In this document: piece after piece, positions 17,595 through 33,171 of the stretch
Layout: each line of letters starts with the position of its first letter
Numbering within the stretch: position 1 is the first letter of the stretch
NCBI GenBank assembly: GCA_002104945.1
Contig: MCFH01000001.1
Coordinates: forward strand, 1,488,001-1,552,000
Origin: Piromyces finnis finn
Lineage: Eukaryota > Fungi > Neocallimastigomycota
Length of the DNA: 64,000 nucleotides
Reading direction: 5' to 3'
Made by a program: the position numbers and the translations under genes
The notes under the pieces: model-generated
The model's database searches: none
Seen by the model: only the letters and a program-made list of their open reading frames with translations
What the model was told of the DNA's origin: nothing

Positions 17595-20500
17595 TTAATC
17601 ATAATTAATATTAACATCTCCTTCAACAGGTGCATCAAGATCAACATAGCTTCTAAGTTCTCTTGGATCTTTTGGGTATCTAAAAAAAAAAAATTAAATG
17701 ATTAAAAAGCGGATTAGAACGGAAATAAAATTAATAATTATTACTAATAAGGTTATTTTTAAATTAAATGCTATGATTTTAAAATTATATATATACAAAT
17801 ATATTAAAAAAAATAAAAGATAACAATATATAAATGGTATAAATGGGAAAGGATTAAATGTAGAATTAATAATAATAATAAATACATTAAAAAATATAAA
17901 AATTGTAATCTAAAAAATTTTAAAATTATTAATACCAAAATTAATAATTTAAAATAATAAAATTCCTTTTGTGTATATACTATATTTTTTTAAAAAAAAA
18001 AAACCTAAATTGTAAACAAAAAAACAAAAAAAATGAATCATTATATTTAATAAATATTATGTTTTTTAAATAAAAATATAATTATTATTATTATTAGATA
18101 TAAATAGAATATAATTAACAAGCTATTACTAATGTCTACACAATTATTAATAAAACTATAGGTTTCTCAAATGTTACCAACACCAACAACAACTAGTAAT
18201 GATAAAATAAAAACCAATCAAATAGGCATATAAAAAAAAACTACATAAAAAAAAGGTTACTTACTTTTTATCATCTCTCTTGAGTGATGTCATGGATTTT
18301 TTACTGATACCACCACCACGAGTAGATCCACGATAATAACTGCCCATGTAGTTATTTCCACGTTTCATTGGCATCATACCAACACCTAAACCCATAGTAG
18401 GTACAATTGGAGGAACCATCCATGGCATATTTTGATTCATCATTTGTGGCATTGGGAGTCTCATAGATCCACCTAAACCCATATTCATACCAATTAAGCT
18501 TTGGTTCATAGATGTTGGGAAAACACCAGTAATCTTTTGAATATCTTGAGCATAATTATTGAAAAATGCTACTTCTTCTTTGATTGGTTCAAGAGAATCA
18601 GTATGCTTTGTATTGATATGCTTCTTTACAAATGATTCTCCCTTAAACAATTTTGAACAGAGTTTACATCTATATTTGCCTTCATCAACCTTAACAACAT
18701 TTCTTGTAGCATATTTATCAATTTCATTCTCAACATTTCTACCACCAACTTTTTCTATATCTTCAGGATTCATAGGTCTCTTCATTCTTAATGTAATTTT
18801 ATGATCTATTCTTTCACATATTTTATCCTTGGTTTCAACTGGTTCCTTTTCTGGACTACTGTTTTCAGTTGGAGATGTTTGAGCAGCTGATGCCTTTGGT
18901 AATTGACGATGCAATACTGGACATTTACGATCATAATCTTCTGTACTTTCAGCCTCTGAAGCATTATAATAACAGAATAAATGAACTCTATGAAGATATT
19001 CAATATACAAATCCAATTCTTTTTTTATCTATTGTATTTTAATAAAATATTGTTATTGTTATTATCATTGCAATGAGAATATGACAGTAGCAGTAATATT
19101 ATTAGTGTTAAGAATTTTCAAAATAGATGAAATAAATTAAAATGATATCAAACAATACTTGTCTATTTTTTCTTTTGATTTTTTATAAATATATTTTACT
19201 GTATATGATTTTATACTATCTATACACTATTTTATATTTAATTTTCTAAGCTCACTACTTTTAAACATTTGTTTTAATATATTTTTTTTTCTCTATAAGC
19301 AACTATAATATTAAGTAAAAAAAAAAAAAAAAAAAAAAAAACATTAAAATCTTTTATTTACCTTTTTAGTTTCATCATATCCTTCATTATTATTAAATTC
19401 ATCTATCTTATTTTGTAATGCTTCACATCCATTATCTAAACCAATTTCTTTATCTAATGCAATTGCTAATTTTTTTGCTTGATCTAAATCATGTTTTAAT
19501 CTATCCATTGATGAGAAAATTTCTGGTACAGATTTGCTTCTTGCTGGTAATGTTTGATGATAAGCAAGATGGAATACAAAATCATCAATCTTTCATAGAT
19601 AATAAATAGTTTAATTAAAAAGGAATAGAAAATAATTATATTTAATTTTAATTAATTTATAAAATGGTTTTACCTTTGCATTATTGAATTTTTCATATGC
19701 GGCTTTGATATCTGTACCTTCTTTAAAAACAATCCAACCTAAACGATGGAATTTCTTTTGAGGATTTGGATCACTAATAGCAAGATAATCATATCCTTCA
19801 AATTTGGAACACATCTATAAAATGAAATAATGTTTTATGTTATGTATTAATTATACTTCATATAAATATAAAATTTCCAAAAAAAAAAAAAAAAAAAAAA
19901 AAGCCTTTAAAAGATAAATTACATCAACTAATTCCTTTCTTTTAACGTTTGGTGGAATACTTTTAATAAATAATTTATTTGATTTTATATCTTCTGCTTC
20001 ACTTATATTCTTCTTTTCATCTTCATCCATATCTGTATCCATAATTTCACCATTAGTTTCAGTTTCATCCTTCTTTTCTATATTGCCATCCTCTGTTGAT
20101 TCACTAGTTTTTTCTGTTTCGTCAAAATTAACATTATCATATTCACCTTCATTTAACTTTTCAATAAATTCACTATACATTTTTTCTTTTCTTTTATTCA
20201 ACTCTTCACGATATACAAGTGATTCAGTTGGATGATACTTATCTTTAAACCTGATATATACAAATTTAAATTGTTAAATTTAGCAATTGGTGATTAAAAA
20301 TTTCAACTAAAAGTATATATTAAATGCTAAATATACCATTCTTCATCTTTATGGGCTTCAAAGAATTTCTGTGATTGTTTATGGTTGAAGTTTTCTTTAT
20401 ATATAGTATATCTACGAGATAACTCTTCATCATCCATATTTTTTTCTTTTTGATGATAATAGTCTGAAAAATATTTAAATGGTACAAGTGTATCAAGTTT

Positions 20501-21353
20501 ATTTGGATCTTGCATTGAACTTTTCATTATCAAATTCGTATAATAGAATATAAAAACAATATAATTTAAATAATTAATGTTTAATATTAAATTTTTATTG
20601 AAGTTATTATAATATTTCATTTCTTATAATACTATTTTATTGGCATACCGTGAACTACTTGGTCCCCAATTACCATTATTAAACATCATACCCATCATAT
20701 TCATATTTGAACCAATATCATCTAAATTAATAATAATATTTGTTATTTAGAAAAGAATATTAATAATTCCCATCATAATTACAATATCTTTGAAAAATAT
20801 ATTCAAAACACTTACTATTCATATCTACATAAAATATAATATATTAAAAAAAAAATATTAGCTTTTTTGTTTTTTATTCTAATAAAAATAATTATATATT
20901 AATATAATAAAACGTTGATCACCTTGATATCTTGGGGCTGGATCATATCCATCTCTATTGTAATTTGGTATATAGTGATCACCTCCTCTTGGTGATGCTG
21001 ATCTTCTTCTTTTACTTCTTCGTTCTTTTATTTAATAATACAACGAAAATGAACATAATTAAATATAATTAGAGTGATTGTTTTTGCTTTGTTTATTAAA
21101 TTAAATAATACATTTATATAAATGAAATTTCATTTTTAAAATGTAAATTATATAAAATAATATTAAATATGGTATCATCTCGATAAAAACCTTCATAATC
21201 ACTTAAACCGGAACTTCTACTTCTTTCCCTTCTTCTTCTTGAAGAAGATGAATAATAATCACGATCATCTCTTCTATAATCATCTCTTTCTTTTTTAAAT
21301 TTATCACGTGAGGATCTTTCACTGCGATAACTTTTATCCTCTTTATCTGTCAT
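17595..21353 (-). CDS. ARS2: Ars2/SERRATE RNA effector homolog, multi-exon
   Basis: RS/RD-rich N-terminus; FFEAHKDEEW(F)KDKYHP segment; RRM (LFIKSIPPNVKRKEL...FHRLGWIVF); C2H2 finger (KYRCKLCSKLFKGESFVKKHINTKH); terminal YPKDPRELRSYVDLDAP exon, all characteristic of Ars2/SERRATE. Confidence 0.85.
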
Positions 21354-21975
21354 CCTTTTTGTTGAATATATTTAATATAATATATAGATGTAAAAATTCA
21401 AATTTGATATTCTTTTTGTTTATTTTAAAATTTGATTAATTTGAAATGTTTAATAATTCCATCAAAATTAAATGCATTAAATATATATATAATAATTATA
21501 AAATATTTTTTTTATATTAGTATTTATGTTTTACTTTATATGTTTTTCATTTAATATAATATAAAAAGTGAATTTTTTTTTTTTTTTTTTTTTATTAGAT
21601 TAAATAAAAAAAGCTGAGAAAATCATTAATCAATAATTTAAGAAATTTATTAAGTAAAAGATTGCATAAATATAAATAAATCGTTAATTATCTAAAAATT
21701 ATCTATCGTTATTGTTGTTTTTATATTTATTATTGAAAAACGAATTTATTATGCTATAAAATAATGTTTCTGATATATATCATATATACAATTCTTATGG
21801 TAATAATTTAGAATTAAGATTCTCGTTATATTACATATTTTTGATGTATTATTTCTAATTCGATTCATTTATTTTATAAAATACTAATTTCTTATTTTTA
21901 CTAATATAAATTTATGAATAATCTGCTGATAATAATGGCTATACTATTAAATATAAAAAGAACATTTCATATATA

Positions 21976-22006
<31 letters not shown>

Positions 22007-22923
22007 GATTACTATACATTTAATGGATTCATTATAAAATATAATTTTTGTTGATGTATATTGTTAGATATAATATATATTTTAGTAATTATATGATTGA
22101 ATTTTTATTAGTTATGTGTAATAATATGTTAATACGTTTTTTATTAAAAGTTTTTTTTTTAAAAAAAAAAAAAAGAAAAGAATGAATGAATGAAAGAAAA
22201 GAAAAGAAAAGAAAAAGTAAAAAAAGTAAAAATAAAAAAAAAAAAGTTGTTTTAAAAAGGTATAATATTAAGGAATTATATAAATTGTATATATTATAAA
22301 TATATATAAATGTTTAAACATTTATAATATAGTATTTTCATTAATAATTAATAGAAGCATTTCAAAATTGTATATTTTTTGTTATAATGTTACATACTTT
22401 ATGCTACTTTTTTTTTTAAAGAAAAAAAAATATATTATTTTAAAATTTATTTATTTATTCATTTAGTCACTAATTAAATTAATAATTTGAAATTTCCAAA
22501 TAAATAATTTCCTATAATAATATATATAGAAATACTATTATTATTATTATAAATTAAATTATTAATTTACAATCACTTATTTAATTTCGTTTAATATACA
22601 TTATTTTTTATTATTTTTTGGATAATATCCATATAATATTATAAAAAAATAGGTAATATTCCAAAAGTAACAATATAATAATTATAGATTATAGAAAATA
22701 TTAAAAATATATAATTAGTAAAGATAATACTACAATATATATTACTTTGTCTAACTATTTAAAATTATCATTGCTTTATATTTTTTTTATAATTAAATTA
22801 TTGTCCATTTTTTATAATTAAAATAAATTACATATATAACAATGTATACATTAATAATTAATATTTAATTATATAATTATATTTTGAAAGTTAAATTGTA
22901 CTACTTTTTATCTGCTTATTTTC

Positions 22924-23426
22924 ATATTTATTTTATTTTATTTTATTTTATTTTATTTTATTTTATTTTATTTTATTTTATTTTATTTTATTTTATTTTT
23001 TTTTTTATTTTATTTTATTTTATTTTATTTTTTTTATTTTATTTTATTTTATTTTATTTTATTTTATTTTATTTTATTTTATTTTATTTTATTTTATTTT
23101 ATTTATTTTATTTTATTTTATTTTATTTTATTTTATTTTATTTTATTTTATTTTATTTTATTTTATTTTATTTTATTTTATTTTATTTTATTTTATTTTA
23201 TTTTATTTTATTTTATTTTATTTTATTTTATTTATTTTATTTTATTTTATTTTATTTTATTTTATTTTATTTTATTTTTATTTTATTTTATTTATTTTAT
23301 TTTATTTTATTTTATTTTATTTTATTTTATTTTATTTTATTTTATTTTATTTTATTTTATTTTATTTTATTTTATTTTATTTTATTTTATTTTATTTTAT
23401 TTTATTTTATTTTATTTTATTTTATT
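22924..23426. repeat. (ATTTT)n pentanucleotide satellite, ~500 bp
   Basis: Near-perfect tttta repeats with occasional 4-nt units. Confidence 0.97.
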
Positions 23427-23624
23427 TGTTGTTCTTATTTCATCATTACTATTTTATTTGTTTTTTTCTATTATTTTATAATTATAATTGTTTAATTTTT
23501 ATACAATAATTTTAAATTTAATAAAATTAATTATTGATTTATATTTTTCTATTATTTCATCTTTAATTTTATGATTTATCTATCAAGGAATATTAAAACA
23601 ATTTTATTACATTAATTATATGAT

Positions 23625-24773
23625 TTAAAATATATATAAAGTAACAATTGCAAAAAATAATGATTTTGCAATTATTGTTATAATTTTATCAGTTTTTGAA
23701 AATCCTGAAATAGCATCATGCGGAACTACACCTGCCGGCCACTCAATTTCAATTTGTAATTTTGATTCATTTGGGTCAGCACCTAATGCATTCCAAGCCT
23801 TTTCACCATAAATATCTACATTTCTAGCAAGATATTCATCTTTCCATAAACAATGACCAATTGGACAAAAATCAACAATTGTTGCTTCAATAACGTATTC
23901 TGGTTTGTTTTTATTTCTTATTTTGATTTTCTTCCAGCAAACATCTTCTTTATTCCAAACAGCAAGTGCAACAGCTACAGTATAAGTAACTGGCCAAACA
24001 GTTTTTTCATGATTAACAATATTTGCTAATAATTAATAAATTACATATATATATATATATTGTTATATCATTAATTACTTTATCTAATTTTTTTTTACTA
24101 CTAATTTTATATATAAATATTTAGTAATATTCTTACGAGGTGGATAAACCCCTTTTGCTAAAATTTCATTCCATTTTGGATCACCACCTGGTCGACCATC
24201 TGAACAGCCTACACCCACATCATTTGGTTGATAACCAATTTCTGAAAAATGAGGAAGTGATGGAAATGGTCCTTAATATTAAAAAAAAAATAAAAAAGGT
24301 TTCTTTAGTAGGAAATAATGAATAATAATTATAGGATCATAAATACATTTGCACATACCATAATGAGTTCCATAACCATATGTCCAATTAGTATTTTTAT
24401 CATATTCAATTACCACTGTATTATTTGAATATGGATATTCATTAGTAGTAATGTTTAAAAATGGTTTTTTATCTCCAATTAAATCAGTACTGTTATCATT
24501 AATATTTGGGGCAAAGTTATTTATTCCATTATCTTTATTATATGAATCAGTAAAATCAATATTTTCCATAGGACCTGAATTTAAATCTTCAGTAGCATTT
24601 TGTGGTATAGTTTTAGTAAAAATATTAGTTGTAACAGAGGGTTTAAGAATATTTGTATTATATTGATTTGGAATAATATTGGTTGTAATTGTTTTAGTTG
24701 TAATTTGACAATTACTAATTTGTGATAATGCTATTAAGCATACATTAATAATACTTAATTTATTAAAATACAT
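23625..24773 (-). CDS. Secreted expansin-like/RlpA double-psi beta-barrel protein with a possible GPI signal (3 exons)
   Basis: Signal peptide (MYFNKLSIINVCLIALSQISNC), T/N-rich linker, then TYTVAVALAVWNKEDVCWKKIKIRN...VIEATIVDFCPIGHC...VDIYGEKAWNALG (DPBB pattern). Hydrophobic C-terminus IITIIAKSLFFAIVTLYIF*. Confidence 0.7.
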
Positions 24774-27449
24774 TTTATTTCATAATTTTTAATTTATTTA
24801 ATATTATTGTATTAAATAATCTTTACTAATATTTTCCTAAATTAATAATTGTAAGAAAATTATTTAAATATTCAATTTATTTTTATATTTAATTTATTCT
24901 TAATATTTGATAGATAATATTAATAAATGCTAAATATATTTAATTATACTGTTGTATTTTAATTTAAATATCTAAAGGATGTTTTGATAATCAATATTTC
25001 AAAGGAAGCAAAATTTATAAATATAGTATTAGCACGTTAAATCATTTTTAATACATTAAAGGTCGATATGTCAATGAAATTCAAATATAAAATTTTACAG
25101 TGATAAATATCGGATTATGTATATCAAATTAAATATAAAATATGTTTTACAATGTTATTTAAAACCGGTCGGATTTAGTATTATGTTTTATATATAGTAT
25201 ATCAAAAAAAAAAATAAAAAAATTGGATTTTATAATAAAAAAATTTATACAATTATTAATAACCTTATGTAAAACAATTAAATTTTATATTTTTATATAT
25301 ATTTATATTCTTTTTTTTTTCTTTTAATAAACTTACATTTAAACATTTATAATTTGTGGAATGAAATTTCACTCTTCCTTTAATAATTATAATATTTATT
25401 TTTAAAAAAGAATTGATGCAAATTTTCTTTTTAATTATAAAATTATATTTAAATAAAAATTAAATTTTGTGAAACCTTAACATAAAATTCTAAAATTCTA
25501 TTTGATTTATTATTTTATTTTTTTATATAATATATTAATAAAAATAAAATTAAAATTAAAACAAAATTTTATTAATAGAATAAAATTTTTATTAGCCAAT
25601 CAAAATTATGTTTACATAAATTTTTGTATAAATCTACAATAAAAATAATTATAAAAAAAATATAAATAATAATAGTATTAAATAGCAATAAATTTTTAAT
25701 ATATATTTTATATTATTTGTTTGTAAATACAATGTAAAATAAAATAATGTAAAAACAAAGGGTTAGGTAATTTATAAAATTTTTTGAGGATTAGTTTATA
25801 TTATATATTTTTGTATAATTTTTGTATTGCTGTAATTTTATAAAAATTTTTAATTATTATAGAATATCTCAAAATAGTCAACATTTCTCTAAAACTACTA
25901 TAAGAATTATTCTAATTTATTCTAATAAATAAGAAAACCATAATTGGAAGTTAAGAAAAAAATTGATTTTTTAAATGCTTGAAATCAAAAGTTATGAAAA
26001 TAAATTCTTTTTTTTCTAAAAACTTTAAAATATGTTAATAAAAAAGAAAATATTTTTTAAGATAATTAAACAATTATCCTTTTTTTTTTTATAGAATTAT
26101 AAGTTATTTCATAGAACAAATAATATGTAATAAGAGATAGAAAAAAGTGTATTATCTTCTTTATTTAAAAAAAAGAGAAAAATAGAAATAGTTAATGGAG
26201 TATTAAGAACAACAAAAAAAATTTTTAGATAAGTTTTTTTTTTTCTTTTTTTTTTGTTGTTTCAATAATGAAATAATTAATATTTTAAATATTTTAATAT
26301 TAAACTTTTTATATTTAATGTATTATAATGCATTTTTTTGTATCATATGTATATACATGTATATAATAAAATATTTTATTTAAATAAAAAATAGCTATAT
26401 AAATTAAAATAATAAATGTATATTCACATTTATTTTTATATAAATAAATAAAATTGTTAATTGTTACATTTAGTGTGACTGTCTCCATTATAATTAATTT
26501 TAAAATTTTGATTTTGTGAATTATAGAATGATGATTTAATTAATAATTTAAAAGGAATGATAAATAGTTCAGTAACTTGTTTTTGCTAGCATATATGTAT
26601 ATATATTATATATAATAATATATGTTGTATATTAAAATATTATATAATTATATATAATATTTTCATAATTACAATAATTTAAGCTTATAATAACATTATT
26701 TTATATTAATATAATTTTATTAAAACTTATTTATTGTTTGATATTTAATTAAAATGTCTATTTAAAGAGTATAAATAATAAATGATATTGATCTGATTTT
26801 TTTTTTTTTACATAAAATTAATATATAAAGGATTGAAATGGTAAAAAAAGGACCTATTTTATAATTTTTTTAATTATTATCATATATACCTATTTTATTG
26901 TAGTAAATTCTTTTTTTTTACATACTAATAAATTGAGAAGAAAATTTATATAAATATAAATTAAAAACTAATTTAATGTAATATGAAAGAAATACAAAAT
27001 AAATTATGCATTATCTATTATAGAGTCAGTTTACTCCAAATAATTACTTAGAGTACTTATGCAATATTATTTTACATATTTCTTACTTTACCATTTATTT
27101 AATTTAATATTTTATCCATTTATTTTTTATTTTTTGCTTAATTTTATTAAGATTTTCAAAAATTGGATACAATTAATTATTATAAAATGTGGATTTAAAA
27201 AATAAAGTAATTGTTTATTTTTTAATAATTATTATTTTATTAAAATCTTATTAAAATTAGAGGTGGTTTAAGTTGATTGCTTTAAATTCAACCAATAAAA
27301 TTAATCCAACATTAATTTTAAATTTTGTTTTTAATTAAAGTTTTTAAAGTTACACCAAACTGAATTCCCACCATATTAAATTAAGCTCCGAGTAATTTAT
27401 AGATGTTTCTATTTCATTTTGTTTTTTTTGTATAATAAAAAATAGAATA

Positions 27450-27480
<31 letters not shown>

Positions 27481-30400
27481 TTTTTTTGAATTCTTCTTTA
27501 ATTATTATTATGTTAAAAATTAGAATTAAACTTTAATTATAATTATCCAATATATTATTAATTTATATAGGAATAATAACATTAACATTAAATAACAATT
27601 GTAATTATATTATATTAGTAATGCGGCGGCATATGATATGTATATTAAAGAAATATAAAAGACATATTAAATAATGAAATTAAAAGTAATAGAATCAATA
27701 TAGTTTTCTTATTGTTTTTGATAATTTTTATTAAATTTAATTTATTAATAAAAGATATTTATAAAGAATTTATAAAAAATAAGAATTAATATCACTATTT
27801 TACCGAATTCTTGTTTTTCATATATTTACTTATTAATATTAATATTTTACCAAATTAGTTAAAATACTTATTTATTGATTATAATAGTCCTTATATAATT
27901 ATTAATTTATTAGCATTAACATTCATTTCATTTATTCTATTCATACTCTATTATAATACTGTTTAATTCTTAATAACGTACCAAAAATCAATATATAATG
28001 ATTTGATTTTAAGAAAATTTTGTAGAATATAGAAAATTTTTAAAGTTAATATGTTATTTAATGAAAATAGAATTTTATAATGATAACAGTAATTCTATAT
28101 TATTACTAAAATTAAGAATTAGTATAATGTTAAAATACAATAGTTTATTAATTACAATTTTTCTTTCTTTTTCTCTTATTCTAAATCTTTCTTTACTTTT
28201 CCATTTTATTTTATTCCTTTTTTTTTTTTTTTTTTTGCATTTTACACTAAATCTATCATAAGATTAAAAATTTAATTAATTTAATTTCAGTATAAAAATG
28301 GTATCCAATGAATATTAGAAATGTCAGTTTTTGAGATTTTAATAAAAATTTAATAAATAGAATTTTTTAAAATAAAATAAAAAATGAAATAAAAACAAAT
28401 ATACTTTTTCTTTTATGCCTAAACTATTATTGAAATATATATTTTAGAAGTAAAGTAAAAAATAATGATTCACTTTAAGCGTCTAAGTATTCATTATTCA
28501 TTTAAATACTTATTTGTAAATAAATAAAAAAATATAATGAAAAAAATGCAATATAGTAATATATCAAGCAAAAAAAAATTTGTTATTTTTTATCATTGAT
28601 TGTAAATATTTCAATAATTTTCCTTTATTAAATTTATGAATTGTATATTTTATCTTTATTATTATTGAAGTTTAGTAATATTATTTTTGAATAGCCAATG
28701 ATTTTTTAGCAAGTGTTCATTTAATATATTCCTTTTTATAGTTGTTTTATTTATAATAAAATAAATATAAACGTCTCCTTTTTTCAAATTTTATTCATTT
28801 ATTCCTATATTATTGTTGTTGTTTAACTTTAATAGTATTTATTAAAAGTTTTTACATGCTAGGAATTCTTAATAATGAAGATACATTATTTTTCTATTTA
28901 TTTTACTAAGATTCTGAAAAAAACCGTTAGTTGCTTAACTAAATTATTAATATTAAAGTTATGACAATTTAATAATATTTTAATTAAAACCTTTATTTAA
29001 TGATGTGTATTCTTTTTATTTATTTGTATTTTTATTATTGGCATATTATCATTTTAAGACAATTCACAAGTATGATCGATCCATTAAATAAATTAAAAAA
29101 TATAATTTAAAATCTTTAAGCTGAAATAGAATCATAATATAAATGAATAAATACTTTTAATATATAAAACCAATGTAGTTTAAAAGATATTATTAAATCA
29201 TTTTAAAAAAAGAAGAAATAAAACAACTAGATATTACTAACATATGAAGTGACAAACAATAAACACGTGATTAGTATAAAAAAGTATCATTAGAGAAAGC
29301 TTGATGTGTAATTCTTTTTTAATAATATTTTTATATTTAATGCATATCAAATAAATTAAATAATAAAATATTAAATAATTTTAATGTTAATATTATTTTA
29401 CAATAAATACATTGATTAAACAAATATTTTAGATGATAATTATTGAAATTTAACTTTCAATTTGAATTTATAATAATATTCATTTCCATTTATAATTTTT
29501 TATTTAGTTTTTATTAATCTTTTATATCAATTTCTCGTGTGTAAAATTTACACTATTAAGTTTATTAATTTCTTTTAGTAAAATAAATAAAATGTAAAAT
29601 GTATTTATATTAAGCTTTATTTATTACTATATAAATTTATCCTCTTATTATTTTAAAATATATTGTTTTTATCCTTAATTATTATAGATAAAAACTCTAA
29701 TTCCCTATTTCTTTTAATAACAAAAAATAATGTTACTAAATTTCTTGTTAAATATAATGTATTGTAATAATTTATTAATATGCCTATTTTATTATTATAG
29801 TATATTAAATATATATTTTATTTTATTATTTAAATTTCATAAATTAAAAATATGAAAATAAAATTGACCATTAAGATTATCACAACAACAAAATAAATAT
29901 TTAATAATGTATAATTTTACTTAAAAAGTTATTATTATTATAATAAAGTATAGTTTTCAATAATATATAATCAATTGATTCTATTAAATTCTATATATTA
30001 ATATTCCATATATGTTATTTATTATTGCTAGTATTATATATACTAACTTATATTTTTATTAAATTGAAATATATTATTTAATATAAAAATTTTAATATTT
30101 ATTTTACTAATTTTTATTAAATTATTAATTAAATATTCATAAATATTTTCTATAATATATTTTATAATATATTAAATATATTATATACATTAATTTTTTT
30201 AATCAAATATATTACAATATAATAAATATTCTTGTACCTTCCATATAATATTTGTTTTAATTAATTAATCAGAAAATTATTAAAAAAATAAATAGAATAT
30301 ACTTTATATAAAAAACTATAAATATTTAGATAAAGTCGTGTTTTTTTTTTTCATTGTATTATTTTTATTTTATTTTATAAATCCCTAAAATAAAAAATAT

Positions 30401-30623
30401 AAACAAAAATAGTAAGTAGTTATTGCTATTTATTTTTTTTTTTAAAGAAAAAAATAAAAAAATAACCTATTGAAAGTAAACAATAAAAATAAATAATAAA
30501 TAATAATTAATAAAAAATTTTCTTTTTTAAATAAATATAATTATATATATTCTAGTAAAAACATAAGGGAGAAAAAACAAAAACAAAAAAAAAGAATAAA
30601 TAAATAATATAAATATAAATAAA

Positions 30624-32612
30624 ATGAGATTTTCTATTAAAAAATTATTAATCGCAGCAGCTTCTGTTGTTACCTTCTCAGCTCCAAAGGTTTTTGCCGC
30701 TGCTGATGATGATGGTAAGGTCAAGGGTCCAATTATTGGTATTGATCTTGGTACCACCTACTCTTGTGTTGGTATCTACCAAAATGGTAGAGTTGAAATT
30801 TTAGCCAACGATCAAGGTCACCGTATTACTCCATCATACGTTGCCTTCACTGAAGAAGAAAGATTAGTTGGTGATGCTGCTAAGAATCAAGCTCCATCTA
30901 ACCCAACCAACACTATTTTTGATATCAAGCGTTTAATTGGTAGAAAGTTTGATGAACCAGCTGTTCAAAAGGATTTAAAGCATTTCCCATTCAACGTTGT
31001 TAGTAAGGACAACAAGCCATTTGTTAAGGTTAATGTTAAGGGTACTGAAAAGACTTTCTCTCCAGAAGAAATTTCTGCTATGATTCTTCAAAAGATGAAG
31101 AACATTGCTGAATCTTACCTTGGTAAGTCTGTTGGTCACGCTGTTGTTACTGTTCCAGCTTATTTCAGTGATGCTCAACGTCAAGCTACTAAGGATGCTG
31201 GTACTATTGCCGGTTTAAATGTTCTTCGTGTTATTAACGAACCAACCGCCGCTGCTATTGCCTACGGTCTTGATAAGACTGGTGGTGAAAAGAACATTTT
31301 AGTTTACGATCTTGGTGGTGGTACATTCGATGTTTCCCTTTTATCTATTGATGATGGTGTCTTTGAAGTCCTTGCTACTTCTGGTGATACTCACCTTGGT
31401 GGTGAAGATTTCGATAACAGAGTTATTGAATATTTAACCAAGCAATACCAACGTAAGGCTAAGGTTGATGTTTCTAAGGATCAAAGAGCTATTGGTAAGT
31501 TAAAGAGAGAAGTCGAAAAGGCCAAGAGAACTCTTTCTTCTCAAATGTCTGTTCGTATTGAAATTGAATCTTTCTACCAAGGTGAAGATTTCTCTGAATC
31601 TCTCACTCGTGCTAAGTTCGAAGAACTTAACATGGACTTATTCAAGAAGACTATTAAGCCAGTCGAAAAGGTCTTAAAGGATGCCAGTCTCGGTAAGCAC
31701 GAAATTCACGATATTGTTTTAGTTGGTGGTTCTACTCGTATTCCAAAGATTCAACAACTTATTGAAGATTTCTTTAACGGTAAGAAGGCTAGTAAGGGTA
31801 TTAACCCAGATGAAGCTGTTGCTTATGGTGCTGCTGTTCAAGGTGGTGTCTTATCTGGTGAAGACAAGGAAAACCTTTCTAACGTTTTACTTCTCGATGT
31901 TAACCCATTAACTTTAGGTATTGAAACCACTGGTGGAGTTATGACTAAGCTTATTGGTAGAAACACTCAAATCCCAACTAAGAAATCTCAAATCTTCTCT
32001 ACTGCCGCTGATAACCAACCAATTGTACTCATCCAAGTTTACGAAGGTGAACGTTCTATGACTAAGGATAACAATCTTTTAGGTAAGTTTGAACTTAAGG
32101 ATATCCCACCAGCTCCACGTGGTGTTCCACAAATTGAAGTTACTTTCGAAATTGATGTCAACGGTATCTTAAAGGTTTCCGCTGAAGATAAGGGTACTGG
32201 TAAGTCTGAATCTATTACTATTACCAACGATAAGGGTCGTCTTTCTGAAGAAGATATTGAACGTATGGTTGCTGAAGCTGAACAATTTGCTGAAGAAGAT
32301 AAGTTATTAAAGGAAAAGATTGAATCTAAGAACACTCTTGAAAATTACCTCTACACCATTAAGAACCAAGTTAATGATGAAGAAGGTTTAGGCTCTAAGA
32401 TTTCCGATGATGACAAGAAGAAGATTCTTGATGCCGTTGAAGCTAAGATTACTTGGTTAGATGAAAACGGTAACACTGCTGTTAAGGAAGACTTTGATGA
32501 ACAAAAGTCTGAAGTCGAATCCATTGTTAATGGTATCACTTCTAAGCTCTACGGACAAAAGGGTGATGCCACTATGGAAGATGAAGAAATTCCAGATCAC
32601 GATGAACTCTAA
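30624..32612 (+). CDS. KAR2: ER Hsp70 chaperone BiP (662 aa, intronless)
   Basis: Signal peptide, [10 protein letters not shown] and [10 protein letters not shown] Hsp70 signatures, C-terminal HDEL. Confidence 0.98.
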   Translation: MRFSIKKLLIAAASVVTFSAPKVFAAADDDGKVKGPIIGIDLGTTYSCVGIYQNGRVEILANDQGHRITPSYVAFTEEERLVGDAAKNQAPSNPTNTIFDIKRLIGRKFDEPAVQKDLKHFPFNVVSKDNKPFVKVNVKGTEKTFSPEEISAMILQKMKNIAESYLGKSVGHAVVTVPAYFSDAQRQATKDAGTIAGLNVLRVINEPTAAAIAYGLDKTGGEKNILVYDLGGGTFDVSLLSIDDGVFEVLATSGDTHLGGEDFDNRVIEYLTKQYQRKAKVDVSKDQRAIGKLKREVEKAKRTLSSQMSVRIEIESFYQGEDFSESLTRAKFEELNMDLFKKTIKPVEKVLKDASLGKHEIHDIVLVGGSTRIPKIQQLIEDFFNGKKASKGINPDEAVAYGAAVQGGVLSGEDKENLSNVLLLDVNPLTLGIETTGGVMTKLIGRNTQIPTKKSQIFSTAADNQPIVLIQVYEGERSMTKDNNLLGKFELKDIPPAPRGVPQIEVTFEIDVNGILKVSAEDKGTGKSESITITNDKGRLSEEDIERMVAEAEQFAEEDKLLKEKIESKNTLENYLYTIKNQVNDEEGLGSKISDDDKKKILDAVEAKITWLDENGNTAVKEDFDEQKSEVESIVNGITSKLYGQKGDATMEDEEIPDHDEL

Positions 32613-33171
32613 GCAATTTAATTTTTTAGATAGATATTGAAAATAAAAATTAAAATAACATAAATATAAAAAAAATTACATTTAAAGAAATACAGATAAA
32701 ATATTAAAAGCTAAGTTTAAAAGATAAAAGAAAAAATCAGTAAAAAATCATTATTAAAATTTAAAATACCACATCTTATCATAATTTAAATTATAAAATT
32801 ATATATAATGAGAAATAATTGTAAGATATTATTTTTCATATTAAATTTATTTAAAACGAAAATCAATTAAACATAATTGTATATATAATTAAATTAACGT
32901 TTTTAAATTATTATTTTAAATAGAACAGAATAATCAAAGCAATTATTTTTAAAAAATAAAATTTAAAAAAGCATATAAATAAATAAAATAATACAAAAAA
33001 AAAAAAAAAATTAAAATATTTAAATGTGTTGAAAAAGAAATGAAAATTACGTGTATAAATGATAAAATGGTAGAAATATATGTTTTTTTGTTTTTATTTA
33101 TTTTTGTAAAAACTGCATTTTTCAAAGTTAATTAAAAATATTTGATTTAGTTTAAATATTAATATGTGTAT

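Noticed and set aside
17595-21353. Functional link between Ars2/SERRATE (RNA silencing/processing) and the nearby LINE array
   Set aside because: It is 12 kb away with unrelated genes in between; proximity alone is not evidence.
22884-23495. 203-aa FYFIL-repeat ORF
   Set aside because: It is a translation of the (ATTTT)n satellite.
24780-30620. 5.8 kb gap between divergent genes, including a slightly GC-richer patch at ~27240-27410 and a CACGTG at ~29264
   Set aside because: No coherent frame, splice pattern or repeat was found. A single hexamer 1.35 kb from BiP is not evidence of a UPR element.
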